A DNA stretch of 64,000 bases from Polymyxa betae A26-41 (taxonomy: Eukaryota > Protista > Endomyxa: Phytomyxea): positions 1-64,000 of the forward strand of contig RBZT01000657.1 of the NCBI GenBank assembly GCA_003693705.1, written 5' to 3'. The notes beneath the pieces were generated by a model that worked only from the letters and a program-made list of their open reading frames with translations, was not told the DNA's origin and did not search any database. Shown here piece by piece: positions 39,493-51,413 of the stretch. Within the stretch, counting starts at the first letter, position 1. Each line of letters begins with the position of its first letter. Made by a program: the position numbers and the translations under genes.

Positions 39493-42400
39493 ATGCGAAA
39501 CCGAGTCCAGATCTCCGACCAGATCGTGGATCTAGATTTCCCCGTCTTAGCATCATGTCTGGCCATTGATTCCCCATCATCTAGTCTATACTATGTATGT
39601 CAGACCGAGACCGGCATCGCAATTGCTGCTCGAACACGTTCAGGAGATACCAAGCTGTACCCAATTCCGGGCTTGAACGACGACATCATTGGTGTCGAAT
39701 ACATTCCCGAACATGAAAGTGTCTGCGTTCTTAGCAGCGCTGGTTCTGTTTATCTGGTTCCTGTTCACAATGATCAAGTTCCACAACTGGTTGGTGTCTT
39801 CGATGATGGAATCTCGGCCGCTAGTTGGTCGTCTGATCGCGAGCGTTGTGTGATCGCCACGATGACCAAAAGACTTGTCGTCATCACTCATGATTGGGAT
39901 GTCATCGATGAGGTCGACATTGATGGTGTGGCCAGCTCCATCTCATGGCGTAGCGATTGCACACGATTCAGCGCCATTATCAAATCGTCTGTTTATTTAT
40001 TCGATCAGAATGGTGCTGAGATTGCGAAAACCATCGATGACGAATTTCTGCATGACGCCATCGCTGGTCAATGCGTCTACCGACCATCGGGTGACATGAT
40101 CACGGTCAGCGTCGATCACGACGCCGGGTCGCAAGGCACTGAACGTCGTGTGGCGATTCTGGAAGGCGCCAATTGCCTTCGTCATGGTCAATGGACGATC
40201 GATACGGACGAGATGATCACCGGATTGAGCTGGAGTGCTGATAGCACCGCCATCGCCATCGCATTACAGACGTCGATATTGATCTATGAGAGGAATAATT
40301 ATCGATGGTATTTGAAGAACGAGATTATGTTGGAGATGAGACCAACATTGATACAATGGGATCGCGAACGTAATCTTCGTCTTCATATTGTTATCGGAAA
40401 TCAGATTATTCGTATCATTGACTTCGCTCATGATATTGCTCGATCTGAATCTGGCGCCGTTGCTGTCATTGTAAGCAAGCAGCATTATCTGTTGATTTTC
40501 ACATTTCTCATAACATTTAACATTTCCATCTTGAACGATCTGTTTATCGTGAATTCATTCCTGTTCAGGATGGGAAGACGATCTTGGTCACTGATTTCAG
40601 TCGTATGGTCGTACCGCCCCCGATGTCGATGTTCGAATGTCAATCCCCATCGAGTGTGATCTCATTAAGCTGGTCGTTACATCACTCATTAGCGGCTTTA
40701 ACGTCTCACAACACGATCGCTATCTATGATGATCTCGCCTCAGCTGAGTTCGGTGTCAATCTGTCTCCCACTCGTCTCATCTCCTGCGATCTTCATCATC
40801 TTCATCAGATCGTCTGGTCGTCGTCAACGACTCTCATCGCACTACGCTCAACACGATCCGGAGACGCGCTCGTCTTCATCGACCTCGCCGACGATCGCGA
40901 CCAGACTTGGCTGGCGCTTCCATCTCGCGCTGTTCGTCTCGATCAGCATGGCGTCCAGCTCGACGACGGCCGCATTCTTCGTTATTCGAATCTGACGCCC
41001 TTCGCTCAGCTATCATCGCCCTGTCAACGCTTCTATACGACATCGACCGGTCTCGCTATCGGCCTCGATGATATGGGACGTCTCTACCTCAACGACAACC
41101 TTCTGGCTCAATCGGCGTCGTCATTCGTTGTCGTGGCGCCGGCGACATTGCTGTTCACGACGACCGGCGCCCAGCACGTCCTACACGCCGTCGATCTGAC
41201 GTCCCCCGATCATGCCGTCCATAGCCAGCGACATCTGGAACGCGGCGCCATCCTGGTCTCGGTCGTACCGGCCCTGGACCGGGTCGTGTTGCAGATTTTG
41301 CCTCGTGGATCATTGGAGACGATCTATCCACGAGCATTGCTGCTTAAATCTGTAGCAGATCTATTACATGATAGAAGATGGTCGGATGTATTTCATTGTA
41401 TGAGACGGCATCGATTGGATTTCAATCTCATCTATGATGCTGATCCGAATATGTTCACGGCGGAGATTCCCGAATTCGTAGCTGGAGTTGGTCATGCCGC
41501 TCTGCTTAATGAATTCATCGCGGCTCTGGTTGATCGCAATACCCGAGAGACGATCTACAAGGAATACCGCCCCGTTGTATCATGTACAGATCGTGATGAT
41601 CATGATGATTATCATCATTTATCATCATTAGCAGTTGATGAGGGATCACATCATCATCATCATCATCGTCATGACGACTTCATCAATGCGCCAACTTCTA
41701 TCGGCAAAATCAATCACATTTGTCGTCTAATCTTTGATGCCGCGGCTGGCAATCCGGATCTCGTACTGGCCCAGCTCGGGGCTCTACTGAAACAAACTCC
41801 GGCGCAATACGAACAGGCCCTGCAGTTGATCGCTTCATTACCTGCAGAGCAGCGTCCCGCCGCCCTGCGCTTCGTCACGTCCGTGGTCGAGGTCGACGTC
41901 TTGTTCGATGCGGCCCTGGGCCTGTACGACTTCGACCTGGTCCGGATGGTGGGTCGCGTCTCCGACAAAGATCCGAAAGAATACCTGGGCCTGATTCGCG
42001 ACCTGCAATCCCGTCCCGTACTGGCCCAGCGGATCGCTATCGATACCCAGCTGCAACGCTACGTGAAGGTCCTTCATCACCTGTCTCAGATGGATCCGGT
42101 TCCTATTGACCACGTCCTCAACATCCTCTCTGCACACAGCGATTTATTCCCGACTGCATTCACGTTGTTCCCAGCTCAGCCCGCCGTTCTGACCGCCTTC
42201 GCGGCATCGTCGTCCTGTGCCGAGCCCGGTCTCGTGTACGCCGCCGCTGGTGACCGACATCGCGCTCTGCAATCGTATCGCGAGGCCGGTGATTGGCGTG
42301 GTGCCCTCAACATCGCTTATGAGCTTGGTGATATTGATGTAGTGGCATTGGCCCGAGATATGGCTGATACAATGTCTGCTACTACAACATCTGCCTCTAT

Positions 42401-43184
42401 TGCACGTGATGCTGCTCATATCTATATTGATATCTGTGCTGATATTGAATCTGCTGTTCGTGTGTTATGTCAGACAGAATTATGGAATGAATCGTTACTA
42501 ACAGCACGACGTTATCAAGAACATCGCGATCTGGTCGGCACCATCGTCTGGCCTGCAATCCTCAAATCAACACGTCGTCATCTGGCCGATCTCGAATATG
42601 CCACTGAGCGATGGCGCTATTGCATTGGACGTCTGCGTCTACTGCAACGCTCGGCAACGCCGACCGCGTTCGAGGACGACGAACGTTTCGATGAACAGAC
42701 ACAGACCGATACGAATCTGTCTGCCTATACGTTAACGTCGCAGGTGTCGGTGCAGTCCTGGGCCAGTACGCCGTGGTCGATCATCTCGAGCGTGCGACGT
42801 CGTGAGCGGAAGTCGTCGTCGCGGCGTGCGGTCAAGATGCGTGAAGGCGACGCTCGTGAGCCCGCCTTCCTGACGAAGCTGGTGAGGACGTTGGCTCCCG
42901 ATACAGATAAGATGGAGAAGATGGCCAGAATGATCCGGGTCCTGATTACAGGCGGGAAGCTTCAGGAGGCGCGGTTGCTCCAGGGCCAGTTCGACGGATT
43001 TGTGTCGATGGTTCGGGAGTCGATCGATGAGATGCCCGAACTGGAGATTTCCGTCCCAGATCTGGATTGGAAAGTGCAGTTTCTGCCTGCTCCAGATCAA
43101 AGTGAATGTGATCGTCGTGATGTTAACAAACTCGATGCTATTCATGAAGACGATGATGAAGGTGCGGCTTTTCAGCTCTTTTAA
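39493..43184 (+). CDS. ELP1: Elongator complex protein 1 (IKI3/IKBKAP)
   Basis: MRNR start, GISAASWSSD, NNYRWYLK, VVPPPMS, QILPRGSLETIYPRAL, MRRHRLDFNLIYD, ALGLYDFDL..SDKDPKEYL, and a basic C-terminal region. One clear intron at 40471-40568. Confidence 0.95.
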
Positions 43185-44166
43185 ATCGATTCGGGTTTTC
43201 ACGATTCTTAAACCTATCTAATATACAGAAAATTCTCCATGATTTTTGTATTCCAGAAATTTCGTTTGCACTGAATACATTGCAATATTGAAGCGAACCG
43301 GTATCAATAATAGGGCGAGCTTAGTGCAGCCACAGATCACGGTTTCTCCACTTTGTTGAATTTGATTGGACATGGCTCATCATGACTCTGGTGCAATATT
43401 TGCAATGACATTCATATTATGGTGAGAGATTACCCAACTCGTCCTGCATCGGTAATGCTGACCCACCAGATACATAATATTCGCCCATGTTTGCCTGCGA
43501 TACTTGTTTCCTTGAGAATAGTACGGTAATGTCATTGCTTGATGATTGCACGTGTACGTTCGACTAAGTATTGGGAATATGAACACTGTATGATGAGCTG
43601 GGGATGTCGGATCTGCATCCCTGGAAGAATTTGACAGTTTTGCCTATTGGATCGAAGTTCGCACAATTATGGCATCGTTTTTGCAAATTCGCGGAACAGG
43701 TCTCAAATTCCTGCCATCAGCAGGCTATCCAATTTTCGAAGATGGACCAACGCATGAACTATTCTCTTTCATTATCGCAGAATACCTTCGTCACAATTGG
43801 TAATCATCAGGTTGAATCGTTAACGTTGTTCACATCTTCCAGAATCCAAAATCAACAATTACCTGCGCTCTTAGCAACAGTTAAACGTTTCGCAAACATG
43901 AACAGAAATTTGCACACTCGAAAACTGAAAAACCAGATTTAGAAAGTTCCAGCGTAGATTTTTGTCAGGAATCCCGTGGCTGATAAAGTCCCAGGGTCGG
44001 TCGGAAAGTGTACGATACTCCACTGTAATTTTAATATATTTTGCGACCGGTGCTGAATCACTCTCTGTTTAGTCTCTTTATCTGCAGGGTCCGTCGACCT
44101 CAGTGTTATCTTGACATTGCCAATCGTCATTGCGGCAACCGAATCTGATTCGTGGGTCTTGAGGGT

Positions 44167-45265
44167 ATGTCCCAGCAGCAATCTGTGGAAGAGTTGACAG
44201 CGAAGCTTGCTGAGCACAGGCAGAGCTTGTCGTCGGTTGATGCTCTGTTGTTGCAGAAATCTGGCGATGAGACCCTCTTAAAGCTACGAGAGGATCTCGA
44301 GACTGTCATCCAATTAACAAGGAACCTTTTAAATCTAAGGACGAAACAGGAGCAGGCTATTTCGCAAGCTTCGTCAAAGGTAGTTTATTTTTCCACTCTT
44401 CTGTACTTAAGTTAACTTTCTCGAAAGACTATTAATATAAATTGGCAAGTTGGCGACAGATGTTCAGCTAAATGGAGCCAAGACCAGCAATGGTACAGTG
44501 CAAGAATATCCAATATTGAAAATGGAAAATATGATGTAATTTTCCTTGATTATGGCAATTCAGAGTCGGGATTAAGTTCCAAAGCCCTTAAGCCTGAAAA
44601 GACGGTATGTTAACAGCCGTCGCTCGTTGTTCTGGCAACTTGCTGATCCGTTAATCAGGTGTCTGCAGACGAGATTGAAGTCGGAATGAGACTTCGGGCT
44701 ATATACGAAGCTGATGGGCTATTTTACAACGCTCAGATTCAGTCGATTGATGGCGACCAAATTACTGTCACATTCATAGACTATAATCATAGTGGGCAGG
44801 TTTGTTACTTTGTTTCCTTTCGATCTGGTCATCATTGACTTTATATGATAGGTTAGCTTTAAGGACCTAAAACTGACCCCAAATTCGAGAAAGCGTTCGT
44901 CGTTGGAAACCACTGGTACAGCTGAAAATTTGGAAAAGCCTGTTATTCCCGATTCACTGAAAATTTTGCCGAGTGATACGGAGGCGCAAAAGAAAAACAA
45001 GAAGGCTCGGATTAAGGCGATTAAAAGCACGTTCCGATTTAAAAAACTGGAGGACGAAACTGCCGGTAAAAAATCCAATTGGCAGAATTTTCATACGAAT
45101 GCGGTGAAAAAGCTTAAAGTTGGTATTAAGAAAGAATCGATGTTTCGCAGTCCCGATACAGTCGATGGGCGCGTTGGCGTTGTTGGCAGTGGACAAAATA
45201 TGACCCAGTTTCAGACAATTGGCAAGATTCAGCCTGTTAAGAAAGAAGTCTCTCTCCCTATATAA
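44167..45265 (+). CDS. SMNDC1: SPF30/SMNDC1 splicing factor with two Tudor domains
   Basis: N-terminal LSSVDALL..LLKLREDLETVIQLT, Tudor WQVGDRCSAKWSQDQQWYSARI, and C-terminal KSNWQNF..KKESMFRSPDTVDGRVGVVGSGQNMT. Confidence 0.9.
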
Positions 45266-45898
45266 TCCATAGGTCTATTTATTGTTTCATACAAATTTAT
45301 ATTCGTCAGCCATCACTCAAGTTTGTGTCTCCATTAGACTAACTTGACCATCTGGAGTTCATGGACCTGCATTCCGCACCCTCGGCTGATGTTCTTGTTC
45401 AACCTGAACGTGATCAACCTCAGTTGATTACGCTGTTGATCGCTTGATCGTAAAAGCGTGCCCATTGATAAGGTAGCTGACATATATATTCTATACTTAA
45501 TAGCTCTACATCAGTTCAGTTTTTTTTCCACTTTACTTTCTTCCGTGTGCTGATCGGTAAGCGCGTCTTAATCGTTGAAGTTGTATCAAAATCAGTCTAC
45601 AACTGTCTTCTTGTTATGAATTATATCTATAATTTCCTATATACAGTAGAACGTCTTGTGTACTAGTTTCCTGAAAAAATCGTCCTCGTTGCTGTTGCAA
45701 TAAATTCCTGTATGAATCTGTTGAAAAGCAGCAGTTGGAATGTACGTACGGATTGGTTCCCGGAACATTCTCAGTGTGTGAGATCAATTCATTCCGTGGC
45801 CTCTATTGTGTCATTACTTCAGTTGCTGATAACGATACTCTGTCTATCCCACTTCATCACTCCCTTTCATCTTCCCATCTCCTGTTCTCATTGATTAA

Positions 45899-47843
45899 AT
45901 GTCGTCCGAAGCCCAGCAGTTCAAGGCTCAGGGCAATGCCGCCTTTTCCGTAGGCGACAACGAACAGGCCGCTCAGTACTTTTCCAAGGCGATTGAACTT
46001 GATCCCAACGATCACGTCTTCTTCAGCAACCGTTCAGCTGCTTATGCGGCCATGACTGACTACGACAATGCTTTGAAAGACGCCGAGACTTGTGTTAAAT
46101 TGGCTCCATCATGGGCGAAAGGATATTCTCGCCAGGGTTTGGCCTTATTCAACTTGAAGAAATATGAGGAAGCGAGGCAGGTATGAATAATGTCATAGTG
46201 ATATCAAGTTGATACCACGAGTATGAGTTATTTCAACATCCTGTTTCTAACTTCCGACTAGGCTTACAGTAAAGGCCTGGAGATCGAGCCTGAAAACAGC
46301 AGCCTGAAGGAGGGCCTTGCTGAAGTCGATGAGGCGACGTCGACGGCTAAAAACCCATTCGGACAGCTATTCGGTCCAGATATCTGGGCGAAGATCCAAA
46401 TGAACCCGAAATTGTCGCCATTCCTTAGCGATCCTTCATTTGTGCAGAAAGTCCAAATGTTGCAGAAAAACCCGCAAATGATTTCTGGGATGTTGAATGA
46501 TCCCAAAATCCAAGTAACTACTTCGAAATTTGCTCTTAATTCTAATTCATTGATGTATGCCAGACGCTATTTGGAGCGTTGCTTGGTTTTGGTGATGTCG
46601 GTTTTGGCGGCGGTGAAGGTGCCGCAGAGCGCGCTGAAGAGAAGCCAGCTAACTCGGAGAGTGCTGCTGAGCCCCAGGCGTCCCAACCAGCGCCTGAAAG
46701 TACTTCAGCACCTGAAGTCCAGCAAGCTCTTGCTGAGAAGGATGCTGGAAATGCTGCCTATAAAAAACGTGATTTCAGTACCGCATTACAACATTATGAG
46801 AAAGCGATGCAGCTGGATCCGAAAAACCCGGTTCTCTTGCTGAATATCGCTGCTGTTAAGATGGAAACGAACTTGTATCAGGAATGTATTGATACTTGCC
46901 AGAAGTGTATCGAGATCTGTTTTGATATTGGAGGTAAATTTTACATAATGCTACAATCACTCTTATGTTTATCGTCAACAAGGTCAACTTGTCACTATTG
47001 GTAAAGCGTATGCTCGAATTGGGAGCGCTTACCAGAAAATGGGCGACTCAGTCAAGGCCATCCAGTTCTTTGAGAAATCGCTTGTTGAGAATTTCGACCG
47101 AGCTGTCGAAAAGAAACTAAAAGAAGCGAAGAAGGCGAAAGAGGAATCTGATCGTGCTGCATATGTTGATGAGAACAAGGCACTGGAGCACAAAGACAAA
47201 GGCAACGCTCTGTTCCAGGAAGGAGACTGGACTGGAGCTATTGCTGAATACACCGAGGCCATTCGTAGAAACCCCCAAGATCACAAGAGCTATTCGAACC
47301 GGGCAGCTGTACGTTTTGTGAGATTCCCGATTCCCATGGTCCTTATTTTGATTTAGTGCTTTACAAAATTGATGGAATGGGGAAAGGCTCTGGAAGACGT
47401 CGATAAGGCACTGTCTATCGACCCCACGTTCGTCAGAGCTTATACCCGAAAGGGAAAGATTCAGACGTTCTTGAAGCAGTATCACAAAGCTCGTGAGACA
47501 TACAAAGCCGGTCTTGCTTTGGACCCTGAATGTTCCGACCTGCTGGAGGGACTTCGTGAGCTTGAAATCGCCATTCATAGCGAGAATATGTCAGGCGAGA
47601 TCGACCCCGAACGTCAGGCGCGGGCTATGGCTGACCCTGAAATCCAAAAGATTCTTCAGGATCCACAGGTTTGTGCTCTTCATGATTGTAATAATTTGAG
47701 TCTCAACTGTTTGTTCTCAGCTTCAGACCATCTTACAGCAGATGCAATCAGACCCGAAAATGGCTCAAAAGGCTCTCAGCGACCCAGCAATCCGAAAGAA
47801 GATCGAACTTTTAGTAGACGCTGGTATTCTTCGAATTAAGTAA
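45899..47843 (+). CDS. STI1: Hsp70/Hsp90-organising protein STI1/HOP
   Basis: TPR1 (KAQGNAAF..FSNRSAAY..WAKGYSRQG), DP1, TPR2A (EKDAGNAAYKKRDF), TPR2B (KDKGNALFQEGDW..YSNRAA) and DP2 (ARAMADPEIQKILQDP..LVDAGIL). Confidence 0.96.
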
Positions 47844-47893
47844 ACTGTCAATAAATCTTACATATACATTGATGCATCACATCACAGAACTGA

Positions 47894-50754
47894 ATGAACC
47901 GCGACCAATCGCCATCGTCCTTTCTCCAGCAACTTCTTCAACACCATCGATCAGCTAATCAAGTTCAGGAATTCCTTGATCAATGTCACTCTCAAATCTC
48001 TACATTGGTCCAAAGTCCTGTACTTGAGATCTCACTAGATCGATATTCCCAGACTGAACAATCATTACTTGCTGTAATCAAGGATAGTGACAAATACAGT
48101 GATGTCCAGGATCAGATTGAGCGCGATCTCATTGCCTTTCTCAGTAACAATGATGATCGACATTCAAAATCGGATGATATGGAAGGTTGAATGACATGGA
48201 TATTATAGTTGGGGTATTGATTATTATCAGAAGGATCCAGTTCTGTAATATTGCTGTCGGAAGATGATTCCAATGATGATGATGATGATGGCGACATCAC
48301 TGACTTGATCAATGCAATCTCAGCTACAGATCTGGACGCCGATACGTTCAGCAGATTATCAGCTCGGATCCGCCCCGATCGAGGCCAGGACGACCGTCAG
48401 ATCAGCGCCTTGATCACCGCTCTACATCAATCTAACGATAATCGCCTCGATCATCATCTAATCATCACTCTCTCGTCGCTCTTCAACAGCACCATCTCCG
48501 ATCAGCATCGGATCGAGATCATCCGGGCCGGTACGACCGCAGGCCCAATGATGGTGTCAACCGCTGACCGTGTGCGTCATCAGTGCAACGGCGCCAGCAC
48601 AACACCACCGACGCCCTGGACGGATACGGCCCGATCCTGGTCGGTATGCTGGCCCAGGTCGGACGCGACTGGGGGCCAGTACCGCCCGATGTGATCGGCG
48701 ATACGGTCGTGCTGCTCCTGCGGGATGATGTACGGCTGCAGATGGCAGCTGCAGATCCAGTGGCATCATGGCTGAATTCGTAATCTGGTTGTGTTAGGGT
48801 TTAGGGTTTCTGATCCTGTTTGTATGCAGCTGGATGCTCTGTGCTAATATTCGATCTGTATTGTTATCAGATCCACATATTCCTACACTATTAAATGTAT
48901 TAATGATATCATTGAACAAATTCCACATCACTGATATCTGTGTATTAACATATTGCATCAGATATCGGTTAGCAAAATTTTTAGTTTCATGTTTTTGATT
49001 TCACTACGTGGGAAGATTCATAAACAAGTCCAATTTCGTCGTGGTTATTGTATCGGTGGTTTAGTCTGATTTGTGTATATTCAGATGTGTATATAATCGT
49101 CTATCTAAAGATAATCTACATCGACTCGTGCATACCATTATCAATCATCTATCACATGATATAGTCCTAACTACTACTATCTGGAATCCATTTCTTATCA
49201 CAATGCTCTCAAATATTGATATTATCAACACAATCATTAACACGGATATCGTTCATCGTCTCATCCAACATGCATTATCACCTGTTGGGCCAGTCAGGAC
49301 CGCCGCTCTTCAGGTCGTACTGGCTCTGGCCCAATGGAAACGGGTCGGTCCGATGCTGGCCCCATACCTGGTCGAGCTGGCCCCGCTGCTGCCCGACTCC
49401 CTCGTCCTGGAACTGTTTGCGACCGTCGCCGAACGAGGCACGGCGCCGCCGCCGCACGATTGGGCCACGGTCCTGAAGCCGTACCGGCCCCTGCTGGGCC
49501 AGCGTCTGGTTTGCAGTGCGAGCTGGTGTCAAGCGATCGGGTTGGAATTGGATCGTGATGACGACGAACTGGATCAGACGCTCACTGCCCATGACGATGT
49601 CGAGGACGAGTACGGTCGGCTGAGGTGTCTGGCGGCCCGTTCCTGTCAGGCGGCGTTCTCGGAGCGGCTCCTGCGCCGTCATCCGGATCTCTGTATGGCA
49701 TTATCTGATTATAACATCGTTCATGGCACCCGACTCATTGTTATTGATAATGACGTGGTCGGGATCAAGACCGACGATGAACGTCACGATATTACCGACG
49801 ATATGCACGAGCTTCGCCGCGATATCGTCAGTAATCTGCAACGGCGTGGTCCAGTACGGTTAGCGGAGACCGATTGGTGCGACTTGAGCGAGGTTGTTGG
49901 ACGCGATTCTGTCGGTGAAGATGATGTCGCTGTCCTATTTGAGCCCTGGCGTTATAGTGATGGATATCATGATCGACTGAGAAACCAATTTCATGCTCTA
50001 TGTACAGCTATGAATATCACCAATACTCAACGATTTGATGAGTTGGTTCGGGTGTGCGTTAACGGAACTCGTCAATTAGATCTCGATCTGGTTCGTGCTG
50101 TTTCTACCATCGTTTGACAATGTTTTCCTCCTTTTAAAAGATCACTGTTTTCTATGTTAATCTGTATTGACAGGATGCAAGAGCTGGACTAGATCAGGCT
50201 GTTATTTATATATTCGCTCTGTGTTTGCATTACGCCAATCAGTCTTGTGCTGATCCACTTCCAATGACACTACGATTCCTATCACAATTAACACAAATGT
50301 CATTGGGATCGAAATCCCAGCTGGATGCGTTGACGATCAGATTCGAATTGGTCATGGATCGGATCCTGGACTATGTCAGTTTCATTCTGAGATCGAGTGC
50401 GGTCGGCTGCGGGCCGGTACGGCGCTGTCATCTCATCATCGCCAACGACTGATGTTTATACAGCTATTACGATGGTGGGTATATGAGGGATATCGAGCTG
50501 GTCCATATCATCGTCCATGGCTATTGGTACTGGCTCTAGATCGAAGCGAGATCGTGTTGCTTGCTGAACTGGTCTATCGACTGCGATCTGGGCGACGGCG
50601 TATACGCAGGTGTTGGGGATTGGCCGGGTCGGTCTCTTTACAGGACGTGATCGATATCGTATCAATGCAGAAATGCGATCATGATCAACTCTTGGATATG
50701 GTTGAACTCATCAGGAATACTGTATTTAACGAGTCTCAAATACACCCCGATTGA
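47894..50754 (+). CDS. Uncharacterised alpha-helical multi-exon protein (weak, unverified resemblance to TBC1D32/BROMI)
   Basis: Chain of + ORFs (47894-48190, 48251-48694, 48583-48783, 49071-50117, 50225-50452, 50452-50754) linked by GT-AG introns. Identity not established. Confidence 0.6.
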
Positions 50755-50987
50755 ATTTGATAGATCAATTTGAATACTTTCGATAACTATATTTGGGTTG
50801 GAAGAATCCACCTATTTTTCGCCTGTTAGTGTAGTAACGGGTTGCAGAGGTGGCTTCTAATGTCTTGTCTGAGTATAGAACAAGTTAATGTTACATCGTG
50901 ATTATGTTTCCCTACCACGCATCGGCACATCGTCATTTCGTTTGGTGGTGTTTACCTGGCGCTTTATCGTCGTAAAACTCGGTCTAG

Positions 50988-51372
50988 ATGTCGGCCAAGG
51001 CGGCGTCCATCGTTCTCGGCAATGCCATACGCGAGCTGCGATTCTATTTCTGTCAGGAGGCGCCCGGGGCTGCGGGGATCAGGTTGTTTTAACGGTTATT
51101 GGCTCCGTTTCCAGAGATTGATACGATCCCAGGCAGTTTGTGACCAATAACTACCTGAATCTGAAGAATTCTAATCCTCATGTATCCATACTTGTTCGTG
51201 AATGTGAAGGTATTATGCCAAAATTTGTGGCTCGCGACGGTACTGCATTCACTGTCAATCCTATCATTTATCATTAAATGTGTTAATAGACATGGGCAAA
51301 GAGAAGACCATTGAAGTACCCGCAATGACATCTGAACAAATCATGGAAGTATTCCGACAACAAACTAAATAA
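50988..51372 (+). CDS. NDUFA2: Complex I subunit B8/NDUFA2 (L51/S25/CI-B8 domain), 3 exons; absent from the ORF track
   Basis: Spliced translation MSAKAASIVLGNAIRELRFYFCQEAPGAAGIRQFVTNNYLNLKNSNPHVSILVRECEGIMPKFVARDDMGKEKTIEVPAMTSEQIMEVFRQQTK*, with introns near 51083-51132 and 51240-51289. Confidence 0.9.
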
Positions 51373-51413
51373 TGTAATTCACTATCCGATTAGTATATTA
51401 TACTCACTATTTA

